The notes under the pieces were generated by a model. That model was not told the origin of the DNA and searched no databases. It saw only the letters and a program-made list of their open reading frames with translations. Positions 28,989 through 38,690 of a DNA stretch of 51,215 bases are shown here, in pieces; position 1 is the stretch's first letter; every line of letters starts with the position of its first letter. The DNA lies in the IMG/VR virus record IMGVR_UViG_3300035128_000044, positions 1 through 51,215 of that record; one strand, written 5' to 3'. The DNA comes from a virus. Its lineage: Duplodnaviria; Caudoviricetes. Position numbers and translations under genes: made by a program.

Positions 28989-31597
28989 TTGAGTTCAAAA
29001 GACATTCTGAGTGTGATAAATGTTTGTTGTGCCAATCGGCAAAGAATTCAGGACTTCCGACACGAGCACTTACACAGACCCTCGGCCCAACCAAAGAGAG
29101 AGCGGTCTTATTTGTAGGACAAAGCCCTGGACATAATGAAGATGTCCAGGCTTGCTCTTTCGTTGGATTTTCTGGGAAATTAGTAGAGGGTATGTGTAAA
29201 GCTTCAAAGTTAAGTATATATGCAGACATATATCTCGCCAATGCTTGTCGATGTAAACCTCCGCAGGGTGCTAATGAATCCCAATCTCAAATACGAGCTT
29301 GTCGTGAGTATTTAGTAGAGGATGTCGCTATATTGCAACAGTATTATAAGGAAGTAATTATCTTTGCTTTGGGAGCTAAAGCTTGTTATAGTACTCTTAA
29401 TATTAGTTCTTTGAATGAGACTCTTAAAAAACAAGGCAATTATAGTCCAGTATTGGGCAAGGTTCGGGTATTTGCTACATTTCATCCAGCAATGCTTGCT
29501 CCACATAGAAAACCAGGTTTAATTAGAGCCGTAGAAACTCACTTCTCTTTGCTAATCAGATATTTACAGGGTCGTTTTATTCCTAACAGTATTGAAGTAA
29601 CGCCGGAAGTATGTGGGGGTATACCCACTAAGACACCTGCGGAGGTTACGCTTGATATTGAAACATATGGTATTCTTTCGGGGCAGGAGCAGACTGTTTT
29701 TCATCCGATTAAATCAAAAGAAATAGATGGTATAGATTTTATTAATCAAGTCAAAACAGTCGGGTTTGGCTGGAGAGAGAATGGGAAAAAACTAAGAACT
29801 CCTTTATATTTATTCAAGTATAAAAGTCATAGGAATAGAATTCGGAGATGGTTAAGATTTATATCTCTAAACAATATTTTATGTGTTGGACAGAATATAA
29901 AGTTTGACCTTCTCTATTTAAGATATTGTGGCGATGCTGAGATACCTTATTGGATTGACCCCCGCAGGTTGAGGGTAGATGATACTCTTATTATGAGTTT
30001 TCTTCTATTTGAGCAACAACCTGAAAAAGGATTGAAGGAACTTTCAACCTTATTCGGTATTGCAGACTATTCCACTTCGGAAGTCACTGGAAAACATGGA
30101 AACGCTAAGTCTATACATGACCCGAAGTTACATTACTACCAATCACTTGATAATGCAGCAACATTAATTCTATATGAGGAGTTAAAACGTAGAATATTAG
30201 AAAAGTATGGACCGAATTCACCAAAGTTGTCACCTCTTAGTGCTTGGTGTCGTAACATGATTGTTTGGGACTGTGTTGACTTGGAAGCGAATGGTAGTGC
30301 ATTAAAGATACCGGAACTTCAAAAGTTTCACGACAAAGAAATTGATAATTGTAAGAAACTAAGGGAAGTATCGGAAAAATTTACTGGGATAAAACTTGCC
30401 GGAACTGGTTCGGATGCCCCGCTAAGACAACTTATGATGGATTGTGCAACAGAACTGCAAATAGGAGATAAAATTGAATGGACTAAAACAGGAAACATTT
30501 CGATTGGTATTGAAAATGTAAATCTTGTTAAGTCCGAAGTAAAGAAGCAAAAACTTTTCAAAAGTCGAAGCCTTAATATTAAAACTATTTCTCTCCTTCA
30601 TCAGTATAAAAAACGGTCAAAAATCACATCGACATATACGGGGCCATTATTAAATACTCCAAGGAAAGGTATTGTTACTCGGAATGGTGACATAGGCATT
30701 GTTTATCCTTCTTGGTATCCTGTTCCTTTATATGCCAGTAGAGGAGGAAGCAGTGATGATAAGTCTGGGGGGCAGATTCAAGGCAGATTTTCTTGTAAAG
30801 GCCCAGCCAGACAAACAGAGCCTAAAAGTATTAGGAAAGCTTCCCGGTCAAGATGGCCTAATGGAACATTGGTTGAATGTGACATGGCAGCAGACCATTT
30901 AAGGATGGCGGCTTTGCTGTCCGGCGATCCAATACTGCTCGAAGTTTATAACGATGAAACAAAAAGCCTGCATCACGAAACAGCGTTGACAATTTTTCCA
31001 GACGAACCTCGTGACGAATCGCCGGAAGCATTTAAGGAGCGGGAACCAGACAAATATAAACTTGGAAAGACTCTTAACTTTTTAATGATTTTTAGGGGTG
31101 GTCCAGAAGCATTCCAGAGAACAGCTTTGCAGGATTGTGGAATTGAGATTGGATTACATTTCTGTAGAAACGCTATAGATTCCTGGTTCAAAAAATATAA
31201 TGTGTACAAACAATGGCAGGATAGGATGATCCGGCTGGCCGCCGATAAGGGCTATCTTGAGATTCCTACTGGATGGTCTCGTACATTTGGTAGGGGCATG
31301 GCCAATATAGAGGGGCAAGTGGGGGAAGTATTAAACTTTCTCCACCAAGCCCCTTGTGCTCAGCTAACACAGTCGTGCCATTATAAAATAAAACATGAAT
31401 TTCTAAATAAAGATTACAAGAGTTTAATTGTATTAAATATTTATGATGCTCTCTTCAAAGATTCACCTGCGGAGGAAGAGGAAGCAACTACAAAAATTTT
31501 ATTTGATACAATGAATAATCCACCATTACTCCCAATATTCGAGCAATGGACAGAACATAAGGTAAAGTGGGCCGCAGAACTTAAGAGGTATAAATAA
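28985..31597 (+). CDS. polA: Family A DNA polymerase with N-terminal family-4 UDG-like domain and 3'-5' exonuclease
   Basis: UDG: CDKCLLC, FVGQSPG, ANACRCKPP, ACREYL, TFHPA; Exo: LDIET, GQNIKFDL, YQSLD; Pol: QGRFS, DMAADHLR, KTLNF, IYDA. Confidence 0.9.
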   Translation: MIEFKRHSECDKCLLCQSAKNSGLPTRALTQTLGPTKERAVLFVGQSPGHNEDVQACSFVGFSGKLVEGMCKASKLSIYADIYLANACRCKPPQGANESQSQIRACREYLVEDVAILQQYYKEVIIFALGAKACYSTLNISSLNETLKKQGNYSPVLGKVRVFATFHPAMLAPHRKPGLIRAVETHFSLLIRYLQGRFIPNSIEVTPEVCGGIPTKTPAEVTLDIETYGILSGQEQTVFHPIKSKEIDGIDFINQVKTVGFGWRENGKKLRTPLYLFKYKSHRNRIRRWLRFISLNNILCVGQNIKFDLLYLRYCGDAEIPYWIDPRRLRVDDTLIMSFLLFEQQPEKGLKELSTLFGIADYSTSEVTGKHGNAKSIHDPKLHYYQSLDNAATLILYEELKRRILEKYGPNSPKLSPLSAWCRNMIVWDCVDLEANGSALKIPELQKFHDKEIDNCKKLREVSEKFTGIKLAGTGSDAPLRQLMMDCATELQIGDKIEWTKTGNISIGIENVNLVKSEVKKQKLFKSRSLNIKTISLLHQYKKRSKITSTYTGPLLNTPRKGIVTRNGDIGIVYPSWYPVPLYASRGGSSDDKSGGQIQGRFSCKGPARQTEPKSIRKASRSRWPNGTLVECDMAADHLRMAALLSGDPILLEVYNDETKSLHHETALTIFPDEPRDESPEAFKEREPDKYKLGKTLNFLMIFRGGPEAFQRTALQDCGIEIGLHFCRNAIDSWFKKYNVYKQWQDRMIRLAADKGYLEIPTGWSRTFGRGMANIEGQVGEVLNFLHQAPCAQLTQSCHYKIKHEFLNKDYKSLIVLNIYDALFKDSPAEEEEATTKILFDTMNNPPLLPIFEQWTEHKVKWAAELKRYK

Positions 31598-31765
31598 ATG
31601 AGTATTCAAAAAACACATAAGCTAAATGGTGTTCACTCTCTTTGTGGAAAAAAAGTTTTATCCTGCATTACTACATCTAAAATAGAGGATGTAAATTGTA
31701 TAAGATGTTTAAGAAAATTTAATAAAGAGGAGCAAAGTAATGCCAATTCCAAGAAAAACCGATAA
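31598..31765 (+). CDS. Small zinc-finger-like protein
   Basis: Not in the track; H...SLCGKK...VNCIRCLRK. Confidence 0.55.
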   Translation: MSIQKTHKLNGVHSLCGKKVLSCITTSKIEDVNCIRCLRKFNKEEQSNANSKKNR

Positions 31766-32321
31766 GTACTATCGTTATAACATCCCAAATGTGGTAACGG
31801 TACAAATTGACACTCGTGAACAGATTCCTATGCTGTTCCCGGAGTTGATTAAAATAGGGGACCCAGAACTTACGTACAACAGCTTGCCGATTGGAGTCAA
31901 GGTCGAAAAAGCAAAGCTCGACTATGGTGACTATAGGCTAAAGGAGTACCCAGATATTTGTGTGTTTGAACGGAAAGCATCCCAACTGGAGCTTTACAAA
32001 AACATGAACGAAAGTCGGGATCGAATCCGTCAAGCTAAGGCGTTCAGAAAATTAGCTACTCAATGTAAATTCCCCTATCTGTTAATTGAATGTTCTCCAG
32101 CTGAATTACTGGCTAACGATGCTCGGGTAAAAAATCCAGAATTGTTGGTACATCGAATCAGTCTTGCTATTGCTAAATATAACCTTCGGGCTTTATTTAT
32201 CCCTTGGCGTAGTCGAGATGCAAATATTAGACGGAAAGTTGGTTGCTTAATGATTCACTTAATGCTTGGATGTGTTCTACAAGAATCGTTTGATGTTCCC
32301 CCCGTTTTATTAGAGGAGTAA
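31740..32321 (+). CDS. ERCC4/XPF-family nuclease, probable junction resolvase
   Basis: IDTREQ, LDYGDY, VFERK motifs. Confidence 0.85.
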   Translation: MPIPRKTDKYYRYNIPNVVTVQIDTREQIPMLFPELIKIGDPELTYNSLPIGVKVEKAKLDYGDYRLKEYPDICVFERKASQLELYKNMNESRDRIRQAKAFRKLATQCKFPYLLIECSPAELLANDARVKNPELLVHRISLAIAKYNLRALFIPWRSRDANIRRKVGCLMIHLMLGCVLQESFDVPPVLLEE

Positions 32322-32323
32322 TT

Positions 32324-32725
32324 ATGGATTATGACTTAAATAATTTTGAAGATGCTGTTGAGAAAGCAAAAAGCAAAGGTAAAATAGTAATAGAACCCTT
32401 GGAGAATGAATTACAAATAGATATAGATTCCAAAGAGCAATATATCTTATTTGCTACTCGAATGAAGGAATTAAACGAAAACTTCCATTGTATCTTTCAT
32501 TCCAAGGAGCTACCGTCCCAAGGGGGAGATTGGCGTAAGCATATTTACTTAAAATTAGCGGTAGACACTCCTATTCTCGAAAGAACAGCTCTTCAACTTT
32601 TTCTCGGGTCGGACCCGGTAAAGGAATATCTTTCCCTGTGCCTCGTTCAAATAGGGGACCCTCATCCAATCCTAATGTTTGAGAACCTGGACTTTACTGG
32701 ATGGGGAAAAAATTTATCAAAATAA
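32324..32725 (+). CDS. Hypothetical protein
   Basis: GAGGAG RBS; ELQIDID...LQLFLGSDPVKE. Confidence 0.7.
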   Translation: MDYDLNNFEDAVEKAKSKGKIVIEPLENELQIDIDSKEQYILFATRMKELNENFHCIFHSKELPSQGGDWRKHIYLKLAVDTPILERTALQLFLGSDPVKEYLSLCLVQIGDPHPILMFENLDFTGWGKNLSK

Positions 32726-32738
32726 ATAAAAAATAGTA

Positions 32739-32767
32739 TTGACAATGAATAGTATATATGCTATAAT
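32739..32767 (+). promoter_or_regulatory. Consensus sigma70 promoter
   Basis: TTGACA-N17-TATAAT with TG extension. Confidence 0.85.
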
Positions 32768-32953
32768 TAAGGTAATGGAAGAACAAGGATATGACGGAAC
32801 TAAAATCATATCTTTTGACAACTGCATAACGCATAAAAGGAGTTCGACAGTCAACCTTACTTCTTCCACTTTTTTTTAACCTCCGCAGATTGGGAGTCAT
32901 GCTGGCAGCCGCCTCTTGGCTCCCGTCGTTTTTTAACCAGAAAGGGAAATCAA

Positions 32954-33238
32954 ATGGGCTTTATGAGACGTGTACGAAAATCACTACAAGAGGGTCAAGG
33001 CCAAGACCCCGAACCCGTTTACCTCTTTTATCCTGACAAAGAAAAAGCAGGTGACATAGTTCATGCAATCCTTCAAAACGTTCCTTTCGATATAAACGTC
33101 AAAATTGTTACTGACGATAAATTGTGCAAACGCATTGGAGAAGGTATAACTAATGCAATCGCTACAAAACAACATAGTGTCATGGAAGGTTCAAAAGAAA
33201 AAGGATTAATAATCTTACCGGAGGATTTTAGAAAATGA
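32954..33238 (+). CDS. Hypothetical protein
   Basis: GAAAGGGA RBS. Confidence 0.65.
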   Translation: MGFMRRVRKSLQEGQGQDPEPVYLFYPDKEKAGDIVHAILQNVPFDINVKIVTDDKLCKRIGEGITNAIATKQHSVMEGSKEKGLIILPEDFRK

Positions 33239-33399
33239 TTAAAGAATCTTTTTACTGGACAATTGCTTTTTATAAGAAACTATTTAATCTTAGAAAAACC
33301 AAATCTGCTAAAGCTATTTTTACTCTTGTAGCAGTCTTCACTTTTCCCATTGATTTTGTATTGGACATAATAAGAAGAAGTAGAGGGTTTTGGAAATGA
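33235..33399 (+). CDS. Small membrane protein
   Basis: Not in the track; ATGA overlaps on both sides; AIFTLVAVFTFPIDFVL hydrophobic stretch. Confidence 0.55.
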   Translation: MIKESFYWTIAFYKKLFNLRKTKSAKAIFTLVAVFTFPIDFVLDIIRRSRGFWK

Positions 33400-33743
33400 T
33401 TCAACCAAATAAAAATATCAACAGGAGTACTTTTCAGAGACTTCAATCAGAAGCTTATGAGAGATTTCGAATAAACTTATTTAATGCTATTCAACAAAAG
33501 CTTAATGATTATGAAATGGGCTGGAAAGAATTAGCTCAGATGCTTAGCACTAATAGTGTGTATGAGGAATTCTTAAAAGTAGACAAGGACTCTGGTTTAC
33601 TAAGAATGATAACCGGGGATGAGCTTAAAGCTAAACTGGGGGACGACCCACTAACTTTGGAGGAACTTAACATGATAGCCAGTTGCTTCTCCTGTGATAT
33701 TCAAATTATATTTAAGCCCCGTTATCCTTACACGTGCACATAA
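33396..33743 (+). CDS. XRE/Cro-like HTH protein
   Basis: GWKELAQMLS...LTLEELNMIASCFSCDIQIIFKP pattern. Confidence 0.5.
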   Translation: MIQPNKNINRSTFQRLQSEAYERFRINLFNAIQQKLNDYEMGWKELAQMLSTNSVYEEFLKVDKDSGLLRMITGDELKAKLGDDPLTLEELNMIASCFSCDIQIIFKPRYPYTCT

Positions 33744-33752
33744 AATTTATTC

Positions 33753-33781
33753 TTGACATCGAATAAAGCTTATGTTATAAT
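33753..33781 (+). promoter_or_regulatory. Consensus sigma70 promoter
   Basis: TTGACA-N17-TATAAT with TG extension. Confidence 0.85.
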
Positions 33782-33803
33782 ATAACTATTGAAAGGAAAA
33801 GAA

Positions 33804-35072
33804 ATGAAAATAGTAAAACTAACCGCAGAGAATTATAAAAGATTATCAGCCGTAGAAATCACCCCCGAAGGAAATTTAGTTCTGATAACTGGCAAGAATG
33901 AAGTTGGTAAAAGCAGTGTTCTTGATGCGATAACTGCCGCTCTATGCGGTGGACGCAATTTGCCGAAGGAGCCTATAAAACAAGGGGAGCATCGAGCTTC
34001 TATTGTTGTAGATATGGGCGACTATACCGTGACACGTAAATTCTTCGGCGAAAGAACTACCCTTAAGGTAGAACAAAAAGGGGAACTTACTTCAAAAATT
34101 TCAAGACCTCAAGAATTTCTTGACTCGATTGTCGGAAATATTTCATTTGATCCATTAGCTTTTTCCAAAATGCAGGAATCCGAGCAACGGAAATTAATTA
34201 TGGGTTTTGTCGGACTGGACCTAAGGGACCTCGACAAAAAGATTGAGGAAATAAAAGCCAGACGTTCTGAAATCCGCAAAGAGAAGGATATTGCTGAAAC
34301 CTTTGCAATGACGATAGAATACACGCCGGACATGCCCAATGAGGAGATTAAACTTGATGATTTATTTGCTGAAAAAAAATCTATCGAGGAATTCAATACA
34401 AAAGCAAATGAATCAAATTCACATCGAACATTATTAATTCAAAATTATAATAATATAGCTAATAATGCGAAGGAAACCGCCGCAGAGATTCAGCGATTAA
34501 CTGAAAAGCTTAAGAACCAACAAATACAGTGTACAGAAATTAAAGAGGAACTCGACCGTACCCCTGTTACTTCTCTGAAAAATATAAATGAGATAGAATC
34601 AAAAATAGTTAGCATCGGAGCCACTAACGAAAAAATAAAAAATAATCGTGACAAGAAAAACTACCAAAAACAAGTTGATACCCTTGCGGAGGAATATTCC
34701 AGCTTAGGTCAAAGCATTAAAGACATTGAGTTTGAAAAAGCTAAAAGGATGACCGACGCCAAAATGCCTATCGCTGGTTTAACCATTGCCGAAGATGGCC
34801 TCAGATTCAACAACATTCCTCTAAGCCAAGTAAATGATGCAAACAAAATAAAGATAAGCGTTGCAATTGGTATGGCAATGAACCCAAAGCTTAAAGTTCT
34901 TCGTGTTAATGGCAATGACCTTGATACAGCCAACTTGAAAGCTCTTGGGGAAATGGTCGCGGACAAGGACTACCAAATATGGGTGGAAAAAATAGATGAA
35001 TCCGGCAAGCTTGGTTTCGTTATCGAAGACGGGACCTTAACAGCTGATAAAACTGCGGAGGAACAAAAATGA
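33804..35072 (+). CDS. SMC/RecN-like ATPase with coiled coil
   Basis: MKIVKLTAENYKRL, ITGKNEVGKSSVLDAI, long coiled coil, degenerate ABC signature. Confidence 0.82.
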   Translation: MKIVKLTAENYKRLSAVEITPEGNLVLITGKNEVGKSSVLDAITAALCGGRNLPKEPIKQGEHRASIVVDMGDYTVTRKFFGERTTLKVEQKGELTSKISRPQEFLDSIVGNISFDPLAFSKMQESEQRKLIMGFVGLDLRDLDKKIEEIKARRSEIRKEKDIAETFAMTIEYTPDMPNEEIKLDDLFAEKKSIEEFNTKANESNSHRTLLIQNYNNIANNAKETAAEIQRLTEKLKNQQIQCTEIKEELDRTPVTSLKNINEIESKIVSIGATNEKIKNNRDKKNYQKQVDTLAEEYSSLGQSIKDIEFEKAKRMTDAKMPIAGLTIAEDGLRFNNIPLSQVNDANKIKISVAIGMAMNPKLKVLRVNGNDLDTANLKALGEMVADKDYQIWVEKIDESGKLGFVIEDGTLTADKTAEEQK

Positions 35073-36094
35073 ATTTCGATAATCTAAATCTACTACCTAT
35101 GGCATGTCGCCAATCCACAATATCCTGTGCTTTACATTGTCCCCGCAAATGGTTCTGTCAATATAGACTTGGCATCACTCTTCGAGGTGGGGAACGAAAA
35201 GACTCTGCAAATCTTGGAACAGTATATCATAAATTCCAACAGCTTGGCCCCGGAAAAGAAAACGAAGTAAAAAAATGGGTTATGGATTGGCAGAAGGAAC
35301 TAATGGCTCAAGTCGATAAAGGAGAGGATTTAGATGGAAACATTCTTCATACCGCAACCCTGCTTACAGATTTATACAACAAAGCCTTAGTTATGGCCAA
35401 AATATTTTGGAAGAGATTTCCACAACCTTCTTATTTCAAAGTTTTAGGTTCCGAGATTCATCATAAAACTTATGTCGCTGGGTTGATGCTGGAAGGAACT
35501 ATTGATAAGCTTTTACTAAATACACAAGATAATCGTATTTGGATACGGGACCATAAATCTACCGGGGATACGATCGAAAAAGTATTTGCCGGAATTTCTT
35601 GGTCACTTCAAGGACGAATTTATAGGATAATCACTATGGATTATCTCAGAAAAGTTCTCGGAATGGAGGCCGTGGCAAGCGGATTTATTCTCGATGGAAT
35701 AATGTTCCCCGGCATAAAACTTTGCAAAACCGATATTAAAAATGCTAAAAGTTGGAATGTGTCCGAAGAAGAAGCATACCTCCGCAGGGTTGAAGAGTGG
35801 TATGACGATCAAATGGAAGCTGCTATTCGTTCCCGAAGTATGATGTTTAATGAGCCACTCTATCCCGATGAATTGCGAACTGATTTGGGTATGATGAAAC
35901 ATTTGGAAAGCTTAGGAAATCACCCAAAAGCTTACCGAAGAGACGAGTCCCGAAATTCTTGTTTTGTTTACAAGAAAACTTGTATATATCACGATTTATG
36001 TGAAACAAGTCCTGAGCAATGGGACGGTTTGTTTGGTACCAAGTATAGGATTGAAAAACCTGCGGAGGAAACTGAAAATGAAGAGAAGAATTAA
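35069..36094 (+). CDS. PD-(D/E)XK Cas4/RecB-like exonuclease
   Basis: CPRKW, GTVYH, EGTIDKL, IRDHKST, C-terminal C...CIYHDLC. Confidence 0.85.
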   Translation: MNFDNLNLLPMACRQSTISCALHCPRKWFCQYRLGITLRGGERKDSANLGTVYHKFQQLGPGKENEVKKWVMDWQKELMAQVDKGEDLDGNILHTATLLTDLYNKALVMAKIFWKRFPQPSYFKVLGSEIHHKTYVAGLMLEGTIDKLLLNTQDNRIWIRDHKSTGDTIEKVFAGISWSLQGRIYRIITMDYLRKVLGMEAVASGFILDGIMFPGIKLCKTDIKNAKSWNVSEEEAYLRRVEEWYDDQMEAAIRSRSMMFNEPLYPDELRTDLGMMKHLESLGNHPKAYRRDESRNSCFVYKKTCIYHDLCETSPEQWDGLFGTKYRIEKPAEETENEEKN

Positions 36095-36350
36095 AAAATT
36101 AATATGTTGGTTAATAGGGCACAAATGGACTTACGGGCCAAAGTGTTTGGGTAAGGTTGAAATACCTGGAGAAATGGTAAGCGATAAATGGTCCCAACCT
36201 ATATGTTGGTGTAAACGTTGTAGATTAACTGCTCCAAATCAGTGGGAAATCTACCAAAAATATTTTAAGGGGAAACCCGAAGGTTCTTTTACGAAAGGAA
36301 CACAGAATGAAAAGTTTTCTGGAAAAAGTAAGAAAAGTATTAAGCCATAA
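36078..36350 (+). CDS. Small Cys/His protein (DUF1660-like)
   Basis: LICWLIGHKW...CKRC. Confidence 0.55.
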   Translation: MKRRIKKLICWLIGHKWTYGPKCLGKVEIPGEMVSDKWSQPICWCKRCRLTAPNQWEIYQKYFKGKPEGSFTKGTQNEKFSGKSKKSIKP

Positions 36351-36732
36351 TCAATTCTTGGCTGTAGCAATTGTAATTGTACTGTGTCTCAGCGTTTATC
36401 TGGTTGGTTGCGATAGCAAAACTACCAATCCCTTCAATAAGGAAGGAGCTAAAGTTACAAGGGTCGAGCTAAACAATGAAATTGATAAGTTCGCCGCCGA
36501 TATTGAATTGGCCTACGCAGATTTAGATAAGCAAGACATATTTAAGCAGAAGCTATTCGAGATAGGTTTAGTGGCTGCTCAGGGTGGAACAGTTGATCCA
36601 GTAGGAGCCGGGGTTACTTTACTTGGTATTCTTGGTATAGGTGCTGTGGCTGATAATAGAAAAAAGGACTCAATTATTAAAACATTAAAGAAATCACAAC
36701 AATCTAATACAGGTGAGAAAACAACAGCCTAA
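36307..36732 (+). CDS. Lipoprotein-like membrane protein with C-terminal hydrophobic segment
   Basis: Hydrophobic stretch ending in LVGC lipobox; C-terminal GAGVTLLGILGIGAVA. Confidence 0.65.
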   Translation: MKSFLEKVRKVLSHNQFLAVAIVIVLCLSVYLVGCDSKTTNPFNKEGAKVTRVELNNEIDKFAADIELAYADLDKQDIFKQKLFEIGLVAAQGGTVDPVGAGVTLLGILGIGAVADNRKKDSIIKTLKKSQQSNTGEKTTA

Positions 36733-36747
36733 AATTGGAGCATTCAA

Positions 36748-37659
36748 ATGGTTGAAACAAATAACGTAAATCCAGTCGTAGATACGGCTCCTAATAAATG
36801 CCCAATAGTACCCTCTGATTGGATGGCTCTCGGTGCTGAAACCGGATACAAGCCAAAAAAAGCAGAGGAATTAAATCTCTATGTCGTAGGTCCAAGTGGG
36901 GAAGGTAAAACTACCTATATATCGAGTATCCATAATAATATGATTCTTGACTTCGATGAACGTGCGGAGGCCATTCCTGGGACTCGTTCTATTAGAATTC
37001 CAATCAAGAGCTATAGTCAATTAACAGATATAAGAGGAAAAATGTTAGATGACTATAAAGCTGGTAATAGGAGGTTTGTAAGAACTTCTATTGATACCTC
37101 TGATGAATGTATAGCCATGATTAAGCACCAACTGGAGAAAGAAAAGTCAGTCGAAGATATAACAGATTATCGCTCGGAGGGTTACGGATACAACTTAATT
37201 CTGCAAAGATTCTGGTCTATTATTTTAGATATTCAAATGGCCGGAATGTCTTGGGCTATTGCCGGGCATATAAAATATAAGAATGAGGTCGATCCTGCGA
37301 CTAAAAAAACTGTAACTCGTTTGAGGGATGCAGTTTATCCATGTGTCTCTAAAAAGATTCTTACCAAGTCGGACTTCAAACTCACCATTTACTGTCAACC
37401 GGAAACAGTAAAAACCACTCTTCCTCCTAAAATAGTTATGAATGGGGGGCAGAAAATAGAAGTTCCACAATCCAAAGAGGAGGTAGTAACTTCATATTTT
37501 CTTAACTCTTTAACTATAGATAAATACGGGACCAATAAAGCCAGTGGAGTCCCCACTATGCCAAGAAAAATACAGCTTCCGCTTATAGGAGGTTGGGACG
37601 TTTTCAAAGCCTATTATGAGAAAGCCGTAAATGAAGCCCGACAACGTTGGGGTTCGTAA
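36748..37659 (+). CDS. Sak4-like (AAA_24) recombination ATPase
   Basis: VVGPSGEGKTT, ILDFD, SIDT, IAGH; lies between exonuclease and SSB. Confidence 0.8.
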   Translation: MVETNNVNPVVDTAPNKCPIVPSDWMALGAETGYKPKKAEELNLYVVGPSGEGKTTYISSIHNNMILDFDERAEAIPGTRSIRIPIKSYSQLTDIRGKMLDDYKAGNRRFVRTSIDTSDECIAMIKHQLEKEKSVEDITDYRSEGYGYNLILQRFWSIILDIQMAGMSWAIAGHIKYKNEVDPATKKTVTRLRDAVYPCVSKKILTKSDFKLTIYCQPETVKTTLPPKIVMNGGQKIEVPQSKEEVVTSYFLNSLTIDKYGTNKASGVPTMPRKIQLPLIGGWDVFKAYYEKAVNEARQRWGS

Positions 37660-37703
37660 TATTAAATAAAGTACTTTATTATTTTTTTGTGAAAGGGTAA
37701 ACA

Positions 37704-38333
37704 ATGCCAGAAGACATGAATTTTGAGAGCTTGCTCGCAGATTTCAATCAAGCCTACCAGGATGCTGAGGAATTCTCAGACTGGATGCCACCGGATGACG
37801 AGTACGTTGTCGTGGTGACAAAATCGAACAAAGATGTCACGGAAAAGGATGACAAAAAAATGGGTTGGTGGAAACTAACCGCCAAGATTCTTGCTCCAGA
37901 AAATCCAGATTTGAATGGACAGGAATTTTGCCTTGGCTTCTACAATACCAATGCTTTAGGGATCCTTAAAGGACAGGTAAAAGCTTTGAATAGTGGCGTG
38001 GCCGTTAATTCGCTTGCGGAAGCTAATGCTATTTTTACAGCCGCAGTTGGAAAAGCTCTCCGCGTCAAAGTGGCTACCACGACATCCCGAAAGAACGGAC
38101 AGGAATACACAAATTGTTATATTCAGGAAGTCCTACCGGGTATTCAGATTGCCGATGAAAGCCAAGCGGCTTTGCCTCCTCAAGACGAATGTGGAGGAAG
38201 AACAGTCCCTCCTCAAGAGGAAGTACAGGTTCCACAACCGATAAATATCGAACAGCCTGCGCAGGCTCCGGTTATTATCGAACAACCAAATATGTCCGTT
38301 GGTGGATCGGGTCCTATTCCAAACACTCATTAA
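37704..38333 (+). CDS. ssb: Single-stranded DNA-binding protein (DUF669-like)
   Basis: MPPDDEYVVVV, VGKALRVKV, NGQEYTN, Pro/Gln-rich tail. Confidence 0.65.
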   Translation: MPEDMNFESLLADFNQAYQDAEEFSDWMPPDDEYVVVVTKSNKDVTEKDDKKMGWWKLTAKILAPENPDLNGQEFCLGFYNTNALGILKGQVKALNSGVAVNSLAEANAIFTAAVGKALRVKVATTTSRKNGQEYTNCYIQEVLPGIQIADESQAALPPQDECGGRTVPPQEEVQVPQPINIEQPAQAPVIIEQPNMSVGGSGPIPNTH

Positions 38334-38357
38334 AATAAGATTGTAAAAGACTAAAGT

Positions 38358-38690
38358 GTGGAAAAATTAGCCTCAAGGTATGTCGAAAATAACCTTGAAC
38401 CAGCCTTGAGGCTTTTCTATTACGAGGAAAAAATGTGTGACCCAGACTATATTGAAGAACCAGAACAAAGAAAATGTCATCATTGTGAAACTTGTGAAGA
38501 GGATGGAGACATGATTAGGGAAGCCCACTGTGAGGGTGGTTTTGGACTACTTCACTGTGAAAGTTGCTCAGAGGAATGTGATATTTGCGGGGAACTCTAT
38601 TGTAAGGGACTCTTAGAGGATTTCGATGGGGGAGAAACATATGGAGATATTGTTATTTGTAAAAATTGTAAAGAGGACCTTGAGATATGA
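38358..38690 (+). CDS. Cys-rich acidic protein
   Basis: Multiple CxxC pairs; start uncertain. Confidence 0.55.
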   Translation: MEKLASRYVENNLEPALRLFYYEEKMCDPDYIEEPEQRKCHHCETCEEDGDMIREAHCEGGFGLLHCESCSEECDICGELYCKGLLEDFDGGETYGDIVICKNCKEDLEI

